Source of the DNA: an uncultured Chloroflexia bacterium
Lineage (GTDB): Bacteria > Chloroflexota > Anaerolineae > CG2-30-64-16
Direction of reading: 5' to 3'
Length of the DNA: 64,000 nt
Assembly: GCA_963810095.1 (NCBI GenBank)
Contig: CAWEMM010000006.1
Location: 1,440,001 to 1,504,000, forward strand
Positions 22,640 to 33,328 of this stretch are shown piece after piece. Each line of letters opens with the position of its first letter. The stretch's first letter is position 1. The position numbers and the translations under genes are program-made. Below the pieces are notes generated by a model that was given only the letters and a program-made list of their open reading frames with translations, searched no databases and was not told where the DNA came from.

Positions 22640-24413
22640 CTAACGCCGCGTCAAGCCCCACACGAATGCGGCGCCGGCCGCGACGAACAGCCCCGTCGTC
22701 AGCCCGGACGACCCACTCGACGTCTGGAACATCATTCCCGCCAGGAATAGCCCGCCCGCTAGCACGGCCCAGGTGAGCCGGTCGACCGAGCGTTCGAGAC
22801 GGCGGATCGCCTTCGCCGCATCGGGCGCGAGGGCGGTCTGCTGCACCAACTCGCCGCGCTCGGCCGCGGTGAGGAACCGGTCGAGTCGCACGGGCAGCCG
22901 GAGCGCCAGCTGCATGATGCTGCCCAGCTCGTCTAGCACGCCCCGCCAATCGCGCGCTAGTTCCTGCGATGCGAGACGCTCGGCGAAGGGCAGCGTCGCA
23001 GCCCACGGGTCGAAGTGCGGGTCGAGCGTGGTCGCCATGCCCGACAAGATCGCGACGGCCCGGATCGCGAAGAGCACGTCGGTGGGGAACTGGAAGGGCA
23101 GGTCGTACACCAGGTCCCGGTACTCTCGTATGAGGAACGCGGCCTGCTGCATGGCCACGCCGGTGAGTTGGCCCATGCGCACGCCGCCGAAGCGGGCGAA
23201 CAGAACGTCGTGCAACTCCTCGATCCGCTGCCTGTCTGCCCCCGGCAGCAGCACGCCCGCGTCGTAATAAGCCTGCACCAGCCGGCGGGCGTCGCGCGTG
23301 CCCACCGCGATCGCCACGTCACGCATCGCACCGCGCATGCTCTCCGGGATCACCGCCACCATGCCGAAATCCACGAAGATCAGCCAGAACGGCCGCGGAC
23401 TGCCGGGCGGTGCCGCGGGATCGCGCGGCAGGGGGTGTACGAACAGGTTGCCGGGATGCGGGTCGGCGTGGACGAAGCTGTGAACGAAGATTTGCTCGAG
23501 GTAGGTGTCGTACAGGCGGCGCGCGACTTCGGCCCCGCTGATCCCCGCAGCATCCATGGCCGCCACGTCGTCGATCTTGATGCTGGCGACGTTCTCCAGC
23601 GTCAAGACGCGGCGGGTGGTGTATTCCCAGAAGACATCCGCAATGTAGATGCCGGGATCGCCGGCGAAGTCGTCGGCAAACCGGTCCGCGTTGCGGCCCT
23701 CTTCGATGAAATCGAGCTCGGCGCGTGTGGTGCGTGCGAACTCGTCGTAGAGCCGGTCGAGGTCCGCATGCCGGTTGATGGGGGGGTAGAGCTTTAGCCA
23801 GTTGGTCGCCAGGCGCAGTGCGGCGAGGTCGGTTTCGACGAGGAGCTCGATGCGCTTCCGCTGCACCTTCACCACCACTTCCTCGCCGTCCAAGAGCCGC
23901 GCCAGGTGCACTTGTGCCAGCGACGCGGCGGCCTGTGGGGTGGGCGAGAGCCAGGCATAGACCTCTTCGACCGGCCGCTTGAACTCGCCTTCGATCACGG
24001 CGCGGACGTCTTCGAGCGTTTCGGCGGGCACCTCGTCCTGCAGACCGCGCAGCTCAGACGTGACTTCCGGCGGCAGCATGTCGACGCGAATGCTGAGGAA
24101 CTGCCCCAGCTTGATCAGAACGCCGCCATAGCGAACCGCCAGGGCCCGATACCGCTGTGCATGAGCACGCCAGCGCGCGAGGTTGGTTGCCCGCACGTAG
24201 GAGCGGAAGCCGGGCAGGTGGCCCAGCACGAGGTTCCAGCCGATGAAGGAGAGAAAGACACGCGGCGAAGTAGAACGCGACGCGCAAGTAACGCACGCGG
24301 TCGAGCGGCGCGCCGGCCGAAGCTGCCGGCTGTACGAAGTTGGAGAGTTCGCCCAGCGCAACCTGGCTGGCAGGCGCCGTTCTGGGGCGACGGAAGCGGC
24401 GCCCAATACTCAT
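22640..24413 (-). CDS. ABC1/AarF/UbiB-family atypical kinase (frameshift near the N-terminus)
   Basis: IKLGQ, AAASLAQVH, VVKVQ, HADPHPGN and DFGMV. Confidence 0.9.
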
Positions 24414-24484
24414 GCGTCAATTGTACCGCGGTTCATAAGCATGTCAATACGTGCGGCGTCTCTCCCCCAACTCCCGGGCTGAGG

Positions 24485-24513
24485 TTGACCCGGCGCGACA
24501 TGCCCTTTATAAT
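24485..24513 (+). promoter_or_regulatory. sigma70-type promoter for tupBC
   Basis: TTGACC-17 bp-TATAAT. Confidence 0.7.
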
Positions 24514-24586
24514 CATTGCGATACAACTATACGCGTTATCCCTGGCGCTCGTCCTCGGTGCGGCGAGTCACACCACATTGTTGGCA

Positions 24587-25279
24587 ATGATCGAAACGTT
24601 CAAGCTGCTATTTTCGAACAATGCAGGCATCCTGGAGATTGTGGCGCTCTCGCTGAAAGTGTCGGGCATCGCGCTGCTCTTCAGCACGCTAATCGGGATC
24701 CCGCTCGGCGCGGCCCTGGGGCTGGGCCGGTTCTTCGGCCGGCGGTTGATGGTGGCCTTCATGTACACGGGCATGGGGTTTCCACCCGTGGTCGTGGGCC
24801 TGTTCGTCTACCTGCTGCTGTCGCGCAGCGGCCCGCTGGGCGGCCTAAACTCGCCGTACCTGCCGAGCCTCTTCACGCCGGGCGCCATGATCCTCGCGCA
24901 GTCGATCATCGCGTTTCCCCTGGTCGCCGGCTTCACGATGGCTGCGGTGATGGGGGTCGACAAGGCGCTGCGCCAGCAGGTGCGCTCGCTGGGCGCCACG
25001 AACTGGCAGACGACGCTGACCGTGCTGCAGGAAGCGCGGATCGGCGTCATCGTCGCCGTCATCGCGGGTTTCGGCGGGATCATATCAGAGGTGGGCGCGG
25101 TGATGCTGGTGGGAGGAAATATCGAGGGCCGGACGCGGGTGATGACGACGGCCATCGTGCTGGAGACGCGGCAGGGGAACTTCGAGATGGCGCTGGCGCT
25201 CGGCGCAATTCTCCTGGCGATCACGTTTGTGGTCAATGTAGTCATGCTGCGCTTGCAGGGGAAGGCCTTCACGGAATGA
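24587..25279 (+). CDS. tupB: Tungstate/molybdate-type ABC transporter permease
   Basis: 'MGFPPVVVGL', 'SEVGAVMLVGGNIEGRTRVMTTAIVLETRQG'. Confidence 0.85.
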   Translation: MIETFKLLFSNNAGILEIVALSLKVSGIALLFSTLIGIPLGAALGLGRFFGRRLMVAFMYTGMGFPPVVVGLFVYLLLSRSGPLGGLNSPYLPSLFTPGAMILAQSIIAFPLVAGFTMAAVMGVDKALRQQVRSLGATNWQTTLTVLQEARIGVIVAVIAGFGGIISEVGAVMLVGGNIEGRTRVMTTAIVLETRQGNFEMALALGAILLAITFVVNVVMLRLQGKAFTE

Positions 25280-26016
25280 ACCATGATCTTCGTGCCGCTT
25301 ATGCCATTGAAGACCTGACGAAGGTTTACCAGAACCGGCAGGTGTTGGGCATCGAGCAGTTGGATATTCGCCCCGGCGAGATCCTGGCTGTGGTTGGGCC
25401 GAGCGGGTCGGGCAAGAGCACGCTGCTGCGCCTGCTCAATTTCCTCGAATCGCCCACCGGAGGCCGCATCACGTACCGGGGCGCGCAATTCGATCCCCAG
25501 CACGACGTCGCGCTTGACGTGCGCCGTACGGTGACCACGGTCAGCCAACGCCCCGTGCTGCTGAATCGCTCAGTGCGGGCCAACGTCGAGTATGGACTGC
25601 GGCTGCGGGGCCAGCGTGATCGGGGTGGTGAAGTGCGGGCCGCGCTGGAAAATGTAGGCCTGGCCGAGCTTGAGCGGCAGGACGCGCGGACGCTCTCGGG
25701 GGGTGAGGCGCAGCGGGTGGCGCTGGCCCGCGCGATGGTGATCCGGCCCGACGTGCTCCTGCTCGACGAGCCGACCGCGAACCTGGACCCCTATAACGTG
25801 GCCGTGATTGAGGATGCTGTGCGGCGGCTCAACGCGGAGCGGGGGACGACCGTGGTCCTGGTGACCCACAATGTTTTCCAGGCGCACCGCCTTGCGCACC
25901 GGGTGGTATTCATCCTCGAAGGCAAGGTGGTGGAGGTGGCCGACACCCAGACGTTCTTCGAGCGCCCGGCCGATCCCCGGACGGGCGCATTCGTGCGGGG
26001 GGAGATGATTTGCTGA
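25276..26016 (+). CDS. tupC: ABC transporter ATP-binding subunit (TupC-like)
   Basis: GPSGSGKS, LSGGEAQR and LLLDEPTANLD; ATGA overlap with the permease. Confidence 0.8.
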   Translation: MNHDLRAAYAIEDLTKVYQNRQVLGIEQLDIRPGEILAVVGPSGSGKSTLLRLLNFLESPTGGRITYRGAQFDPQHDVALDVRRTVTTVSQRPVLLNRSVRANVEYGLRLRGQRDRGGEVRAALENVGLAELERQDARTLSGGEAQRVALARAMVIRPDVLLLDEPTANLDPYNVAVIEDAVRRLNAERGTTVVLVTHNVFQAHRLAHRVVFILEGKVVEVADTQTFFERPADPRTGAFVRGEMIC

Positions 26017-26021
26017 GCGTC

Positions 26022-26133
26022 TGAAATGGGACACTGATGCAACCGGATCTGAGACCGATCTATCGTTGCTGCGCTGCCTGCGGGAAAAGATCGTGACAAT
26101 CAGTCCGATCGGTTCGATCAGTGTCCTATTTCA
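26022..26133. repeat. Imperfect long palindrome, GGACACTGAT family (copy 2)
   Basis: TGAAATGGGACACTGAT ... ATCAGTGTCCTATTTCA (16/17 complementary). Confidence 0.65.
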
Positions 26134-26164
26134 TCAGCGTTGACCAGCCCTGCGGGGTGAATGT

Positions 26165-27166
26165 CTATTTGCGCTTCCCGGGGTCTGCCTGTTTTTGTCC
26201 GCCGGGCAGCCTGAGCCTCCCGAAGAACATCTCGCGCAGGGACGAGCCCGCACTGGGCACCTCGGTCATCTGGTTGGGCGCCGCGTCCCAATTGCCCGTA
26301 TAAGTGGCATTAAGCCACCGGTAGCCCTCGGCCAGCCCCCGGTCGATCCGAGCGACCAGTTCATCGGTCTCGCCCGCGGCCAGTTGATCGCGGTACGACG
26401 TCAATTCGGCCACCAGCGCGTCCAGCCAATGAATCACATTGTCCCGGTTTGCCAGTGGCGCCGCGACCGCCTCCTTGCCCGAACGGGCGACCATCAGGGT
26501 GCTGGCGAAGAACTGGTTTGCGGCCAGCTTGCGCATGTCCTGCCACCCTGCGCTGTCCGACGTGGCCGACATCAGTGCGGCGGCCATCAGCGAAGGTAGC
26601 TGCTCGACCCCTGCGACGAGCCCGTCATGCTCCTCGGCGTTCAGGAAGAAAGGTTTTGCACCCATGGCCTCGGCGAGGTCGGCGGCGAGTTGGACCGCGG
26701 TCCCGTCGGTGTTAGGGCCCGGGGTCAGGCAGAACAACTTGCCCTCGAAGAGATTCGCCCGCGCGCCTTCGGTCTCCAGGGAGTCGGACAACACGACGGG
26801 GTGGCCGCCGACGAAATGGACTTCTGGCGGCAGCAGCTCGGCGGCCCACGCCATCACCGGTTCCTTCACATCCGCCGTGTCCACGATCACGCAACCGGGG
26901 CGCAACTCGCCCTTGATCGCGTCGAGCGTGGACCGGATTTCGCTGACGGGCAGCGCAAGGATGACGCGGTCCGCGGGCGCCACGGCGTTGATGAGGTTCC
27001 ACTCCGTGCGGTCGACCGCGCCGGCCCGCTTCGCCTTACTCGAAATCTCGGGGCTGGGATCGTGGCCGACCACGGTCACCTTTTCGGCGTATTTATGGAG
27101 GGCCAGGCCGGCCGATGTTCCGATGATGCCAAGGCCAACGATGGCCACATGCAGCTTGTCGGGCAT
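26165..27166 (-). CDS. Prephenate/arogenate dehydrogenase family protein
   Basis: Rossmann motif VGLGIIG; FVGGHP; AEEHD. Confidence 0.85.
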   Translation of the reverse strand: MPDKLHVAIVGLGIIGTSAGLALHKYAEKVTVVGHDPSPEISSKAKRAGAVDRTEWNLINAVAPADRVILALPVSEIRSTLDAIKGELRPGCVIVDTADVKEPVMAWAAELLPPEVHFVGGHPVVLSDSLETEGARANLFEGKLFCLTPGPNTDGTAVQLAADLAEAMGAKPFFLNAEEHDGLVAGVEQLPSLMAAALMSATSDSAGWQDMRKLAANQFFASTLMVARSGKEAVAAPLANRDNVIHWLDALVAELTSYRDQLAAGETDELVARIDRGLAEGYRWLNATYTGNWDAAPNQMTEVPSAGSSLREMFFGRLRLPGGQKQADPGKRK

Positions 27167-27236
27167 AGGGGGTCTCTTTCTTGTTGTTGGGCCGGCAGAC
27201 GAACGCGCCGGACGGCGCTCGTGGCTCCGCGCTAGA

Positions 27237-27792
27237 TCAGTTGTCGTCGTCGGCACGCTGCAGCGCAAGCAGCAGCGCGTCTTCGCGCGACGGCGCCGAA
27301 CCGGCGGGCACGGCGTCCTGGTGCCGGCGCATGAGGCTGACGGCCAGCGGCGCGCAGCCGGCATCGGATGCGAGACGGGCACTCGTCGCCGGATGATTGG
27401 CGTGGGCCCAGAGCGGATAGCGCATGCTGCGCCGGCGCGGCTCGGGCGACGTCTTCAGCCGCTGCCACGCCCCCGGTGCGAACGCCTTGATCAGGACCAC
27501 CGCAACCCGGTGAAACAAGGTGACGCCGCCCAGATGCTTGGCCACGTCGTGCAGCAGCGCGGCCTGGGCGAGGGCCGGGTCGTCAAAGCCGCCCGCCCGC
27601 AGCGCAGCCCATACTTTCAGCGCGTGCACCTGGTCAGAGCGGGGCATCCCTCTGAACAACCGCCAACCTGCCTCGGGCAGCGCCCGCCGGGCACGTGCGA
27701 GGTCCTGTTCGTCGGGTCCGCGCCTGCCGCGCCCCCAGTGCCTGCCCGAACTGGCGCACCCGGTAGGCTACACGCCCGCCAAACCCGGCCAT
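27237..27792 (-). CDS. HD-domain protein (frameshifted at the N-terminus)
   Basis: 'QVHAL...AALLHDVAK...H...RHQ...ADD'; start MAGFGGRVAYRVRQF overlaps the stop of the upstream gene. Confidence 0.7.
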
Positions 27793-28427
27793 CAAATGCC
27801 GAGCAGCAGATCGGAAACCTTCGCCGCGCCGACGCTCAGAAAGCCGCCGATGCTCAATTGGGGCAGCACGAGCGGCACCAGGAAGATCGCCATGAGGATC
27901 ATCGGGCCGTAGGCCTGCAAGGGAAGCAGCACCGACGAGATACGCTCGCCGACAAGCCCGTTCAGCACGGCGAAGCCATCGAGCGGCGGAAGCGGGATCA
28001 GGTTGAACAGGAATAGCGTGGCATTGATCAGGATGAACATGTAGACGAAGTCGAGCACGTTTTGCGACGCGCCCTGCAGCAGGCCCAGGCGATACGCGAG
28101 CGCCATCAGGGTTGCCATCAACAGGTTGCTGACCGGACCGGCGGCCGAGACGAGCGCGTGGCCGACGCGCGGCCCGTACCGCAAGTGATAAGGATTCACC
28201 GGCACCGGTTTCGCCCAGCCGAAATGTGCGACCAGCAGGAGGATCGATCCGAGCGGGTCGAGATGCTTGAGCGGGTTAAGCGTCAGGCGACCCTGCTGCT
28301 TGGCCGTGTTGTCTCCCAGCCGGTAGGCCACGAAGGCATGCGCGAGCTCATGAATAGGGAACCCGACCAGCAGGATCACGAGCAGTGCCGCGAGGGTCGG
28401 GAGATCGAGTCCTAAGACGTTTGACAA
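27792..28427 (-). CDS. Site-2 protease (M50, YwhC-like)
   Basis: HELAH, AGPVSN and NLIPLPPLDG. Confidence 0.92.
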   Translation of the reverse strand: MSNVLGLDLPTLAALLVILLVGFPIHELAHAFVAYRLGDNTAKQQGRLTLNPLKHLDPLGSILLLVAHFGWAKPVPVNPYHLRYGPRVGHALVSAAGPVSNLLMATLMALAYRLGLLQGASQNVLDFVYMFILINATLFLFNLIPLPPLDGFAVLNGLVGERISSVLLPLQAYGPMILMAIFLVPLVLPQLSIGGFLSVGAAKVSDLLLGI

Positions 28428-28531
28428 GGGGTGCTCCGTTCACGTACTTCGGGCGGATTATAGCATACGGTCCGACGCCCACCAAGGCATCTTCATTCCG
28501 TTTCGCGTGTGTGTTATGATGATTGCTCCCT

Positions 28532-30768
28532 ATGGCACGCAGCATCGTCGATCTAAGCACCCTTCCATGGCGTTTCGGCCAGGTCGCCCGCCAGGGCTTT
28601 TCGCACGCGGCCGAGCGACGACCGGCGCGCGGTCGCCAACTGGGAACCCGCGTCAGTCCCCGGCGACGTGCGAGCGGATCTGCTGGCGACGGGATATCTG
28701 CGCGGCCTGGATACACCGGAGGATCTTCCGCGGTCAGGCTGGGTGGACAGCGTCGACTGGTGGTATCGGGTCGATATCGATCCGGTCGAACCGGGAACCA
28801 CGGTGGTTCTCGAAGCCGACGGGATCGACTACCTCAGCAGCGTGTGGCTGGATGGAGAGTTTCTGGCCGCGCACCAGGGCATGTTTGCGCGGCAGGCACT
28901 CGTGCTCCCGCCGCCGCATGGAGGCGCCCGGGAAGCACGAGCTGGCGGTGCGGATTTGGGGCGCGGGTGCGCTGCCGCGCCTCCCCAACCCTCCGCTGCG
29001 CCGGGGCCTGCGCCGGCTGATCTGCGGCCTGGGTGTCGTCGACGAATACTTCCCCGATCGCCTCGCCACCCCCAAAGCGCAATACAGCTTCGGGTGGGAC
29101 TTCGCGCCGCGCGTGCTGAGCACGGGCATCTGGGACGGCATCCGCCTGGTCCACTGCCGGGGCGCCTATCTTTCCGACGTGCAGGTGCTTGCCGAGCCGC
29201 TGAGCGAGGGCGACCCGACCCCTGTCCGCTGGACCGTGCGGCTTACGACCCGGCGATTCGAGGAGCAGCGGCTCACTGCGCGGGTCGAGCTGCGCACGCT
29301 CGAAGGTGAACGGATCCCGCTGGCGCGCGATACCTTCGCGTTGGGCGAGGGCAATGCGGCGGACCTGGTCTTTGATTCGCCGCGACTGGCCCGCTGGTGG
29401 CCGTGGGACCAGGGTGAGCCGGCCCTCTACCGCCTTTCAGTTCGACTGTTCGACGAGCGCGGGCCGGCCGACGAGGCGGAGACGGTGGTCGGGCGTGCGC
29501 ACGGTGGGCCGCGAGCGCTTCAAGAACGGGCAGCCCTGGCGTTTCACGGTCAACGGCCGCTCGGTCTTCCTGCGCGGGGCGAACTGGGTGCCCGCCGACA
29601 TCCTGCCCGGCCGGGTGGCCGAGAATGACTATGCCGGCCTGATCGGGCAGGCGCGGGCCGGGGGGGTCAACTTCCTGCGGGTGTGGGGCGGCGGCATCCG
29701 CGAGAAGCCCGCGTTCTGGGAGCTGTGCAACCGGCAGGGCATCCTGGTCATGCAGGAGTTCCCCCTCGCTTGCACGTTCCTCGATCACTACCCGCGCGAT
29801 CCGGGCTACCTCTCCGTGCTCGAGTCTGAGGCGCAAGGCATCGTCCGCGGCTTGCGCAACCACCCAAGTCTGATCGCCTGGTGCGGGGGCAACGAGATCA
29901 GCCCGCAACGTGAGCGGCTTCCTCTGCGTACTATTGAGCGGGTGCTGGCGCGCGAAGACCCCGGCCGGCCCTGGATTCCGGCTTCTCCGTCGACAGGGCG
30001 ACATCCACAACTGGGACGTGTGGCATGGCGGCGCGCCCTGGCAGTCGTTGGCGCGGGTTCGCGCCCCGTTCATGAGCGAGTTCGGCGTGCAGGCGCTGCC
30101 CCATGCCGACACCATCGCCGAGATGTTTCCGTCGGGCCCGCCCACGCGGCTGGACGATGCCGGGTGGGCCGCGCGCAAGCTGCAGGCCGACAAGCTGCGT
30201 CACTACTGTGGGCCCTTGCCCGAAGAGGACCTGGTAGCCACGATTGAGGCTACTCAGAGGACGCAGGCCGCGGCTCTGCAGGCGGGGATCGAGGCGTGCC
30301 GGCTCCGCCGCGAGGGCTCGGGCAGCCCGCGCCCATGCGGCGGGCGTGGCCTTCTGGCAGTTCAATGAGCCGTGGCCCGCGGTCTCCTGGTCCCTGGTCG
30401 ACCGGCGCGGCCGGCCAAAGGCGGCCTACAGTATGCTCATGCGCAGCTACCAACCCCTGCTCGTGGCGGCCGTGTTCGAGCGGCGGGCATGGCGGGCGGG
30501 CGACCGGTTCGACGCCGAGATCTGGGTGGTGAACGACGGGGCGGAAGAAGCAGCAGAGGGCGAAGTCGAGGCGCTGTTGGACGGGCGCAGCGTCTGCCCA
30601 CGCAGCCGCGTCGCGGCGCCTCCCGCGTCTGCCCGGCAGGTTGGGGCATTCGGCGTGCAGTTGGCGGGGCCCCCGGCCACCCTCGCGTTGGCGTGGCGGG
30701 CAGGCGGTGCGGTTCTTGCCGCCAACGAGTATGACCTGCAGGTCTACTTGCCGCCGCCGCAGCCCTGA
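28532..30768 (+). CDS. Glycoside hydrolase family 2, beta-mannosidase-like (multiple frameshifts)
   Basis: GIDY, KAQYSFGWDF, RGANWVP, LRVWGGG, WCGGNE, SEFG and WQFNEPWP across frames. Confidence 0.85.
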
Positions 30769-30859
30769 TGGGTTGGCTGATGCGCCGCGCCGGCGAACTG
30801 CTGCTGCAAATTGGTTGACACATCGGGGTCGTTTCGGATATCCTCGCAAGCAGATAAAA

Positions 30860-31800
30860 ATGCGGATAGTCGTCAACGGCTGGTTCTGGGACCGGATGAC
30901 CGCCGGCAGCGGGCAGTACCTGGCCGCGCTCGGCAGCCGTCTTGCCGCGCGCCGGCTCGGCGCACGAGTTCATTCTGGCGCTGCCGGCGGCGCACGAAGG
31001 AGCCGGCGACGCTCGCTCGAGGGTGGCGCACCGTGCGGCGCGGGACGCCGTTCGACGCGGCTGCAGCGCAGAACCTGGCCAAGCTGTGGTTCGAGCAGGT
31101 CACGTTTCCCGAGCTTGTGCCGCCGTCTGGGGGCGGACGTGGGTTTCGTGCCCTACTGGGGCTCGCCCTGGGCGCGGCCCTGCCCGATGGTCGTCACGGT
31201 GCACGACCTGATCCCGCTGCTGCTGCCGCTGTACCGGGGCGGAAGGCTGCAGCGGATGTACACCGCGTCTCGTCGGCGCGTACGGCTCGGCGGGCCGCGG
31301 CGGTCGTGACGGATTCAGAGGCCAGCCGCCGGGACATCGTGGCCCATCTCCGCGTGCCGGCAGAACGCGTGCATGCGGTCTATCTGGCGGCGGGCCGGCT
31401 GCGAGCTGGGCGCGGACGCCGGACGAGCGCGGCCTTCGCGGCGCGCTTGAACCTGCCCGGCGGGCCGTTTTTGCTGTACCTGGGCGGCTTTGACGCACGC
31501 AAGAATGTGCTGCGGACGCATCGAAGGCTATGCGAAGCTGGCTCGAGCGGCGTGGCCGCCGAGGGGGCCGAAGCGCCGGCTTCTGGTCGATTGCGGGCCG
31601 GCTGCCCGCGGTCGACTCGGACTTTGCGCCGGATCCGCGGCCGGTGGTCCGCTCGGCTCGGGCGTGGCGGACCGTGTTCATTTTGCCGGCTGGGTGGACG
31701 AGGCAGACAAGGCCGCGCTGTACCGGCATGGCAGCAGGCGTCCTGTTTCGTCAGCGAGTATGAGGGGTTTGGCCTGCCGGTGCTGGAAGCGATGGCCTGC
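30860..31800 (+). CDS. Glycosyltransferase family 4 (frameshifted, C-terminus missing)
   Basis: VTVHDLIP, TDSEAS, GGFDARKN and EGFGLPVLEAMAC; homology stops abruptly at ~31800. Confidence 0.75.
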
Positions 31801-31875
31801 GACCGGGAAAAGAGATCCACGAGACCTGGTAGGTTCAAGCAACCAGGTCACCAGCTGCGAGATTGGGGAGTCCTG

Positions 31876-33279
31876 GTGACTGAACCGTGCGAAGACTGAA
31901 TCGCGCGGGCCCACAACATCCTGACGCGCACGTTCAGCCTGCGGCGCGACCAGAACCTGCTGATTTTCGCCGACGTCGCGTCGCTGGAAGTGGTGGAAGT
32001 GGTGGCGCGGGTGGCGCGCGAGCTCGGCATCAACGACGACCGCGTTTTTCGTGCCCGCGGGTGCTCCAGCTCGAGATGGGGCCTAACGAAAGCCTGCCGC
32101 TGCCTGCCGAGGCCGCGGTGCGTGAAGCCGACGCGATCCTGAGCTGCCTGTCCGACCAGCCAGAACACCTGCACTATCGGATGCGCGTGCTGCACGCCAG
32201 CTGGGGCCGGCGGGCGCAGGCTCGGCCCACGCGCCCGGCATGACGCTCGAGATCGCTGCAGCACGCATCGACACCGACTACGCGGCGATCAGCCGAGCAG
32301 GCCCAGCTGCTGAGCCTCGCGCTGATCCTGGGCAAGCGGGTCGAGATCGTCACGACGGACAGCCAGCGCCGCGAGCACCGGCTGAACGTGCGGGTCGGCG
32401 GCTGGGACTATCCGCCCGGCATCAACGACGGGACGATTCGCGAGGGCGCGTGGAGCAACCTGCCGCCCGGCGAAGTCTACATCGTGCCGCGCGATGGGGA
32501 CGGCCAGATCGTCGTCAACGGCTCGATTCCCGGCAAGGTGCTGGGGCCGGCGGAGGAGCTGATCCTGACTTTCCGCGAGGGCCGGTTGGTCGACGTGGAG
32601 CCGGAGGATGTGCCCGCCGCGCGTCATCTGCACGAGACGCAGATCGCCTACGCGGAGCGCCGCGGCGACACCAACTGGTCGAACCTGGCCGAGGTCGGCT
32701 TCGGGCTGAATCCCGCGGTGCAAGACCTGACCGGCCTGGGCGATCGTGGACGAGAAGAAGGCGCACACGGTTCATGTCGCGGTTGGGCACAGCGCCGGGC
32801 TGGGCGGCGACGTAGATTCGGTCATCCACTGCGACATGATCGCCAAGAAGCCGACTGTCTACGTCAACGGCCGGCTCGATCATGAAGCGGGGCGACTGGC
32901 GCATCAACGAGGCGGACTGGCGGCTGGATCACCGCACGGTGACGGTGCCGGTCGGCTGGTGGGAAAGCATGGGGCAGATTGGCGCGGAGCGGCGCCGCGC
33001 ACCGAGCGTGAGTCGGGCCGGCTGACATGCGTGTGGAATGCGGGCCGGGGCCGGTGGGACAGCGCGCCGGTTGGCGTGGAGCAGACGGCGCGCCTGGCCG
33101 CTCGCGGTGTACGACCTGCTGCCCGAGAACGGCGTCCCGGTGGGCAAGGCGCGCGTGGTCGCGCTGGCCGAGCAGGCCGGGCATCCCGTGCGAAGCGCTG
33201 CCGCGGCCTGTTCTGGATCATGCTTCAGTTCGACCTGGTCCGGATGTCGCGGCGCGGTGCCGAGCCAATGCCGACGTAG
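31876..33279 (+). CDS. M29 (AmpT/AmpS)-like metallo-aminopeptidase with a C-terminal extension (multiple frameshifts)
   Basis: RBS GGGGAG then GTG; motifs NLPPGEVY, NLAEVGFGLNP, DEKKAHTVHVAVG and IHCDMI. Confidence 0.7.
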
Positions 33280-33328
33280 ACCGGAGACGTCGAAGAACGA
33301 GGGGTCGTGGATAGCTGGGGAGAGCATC

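Noticed and set aside
24518-24537. ModE-like operator upstream of tupB (GCGATACAACTATACGC)
   Set aside because: Only weak resemblance and wrong spacing relative to the ModE consensus; not supportable
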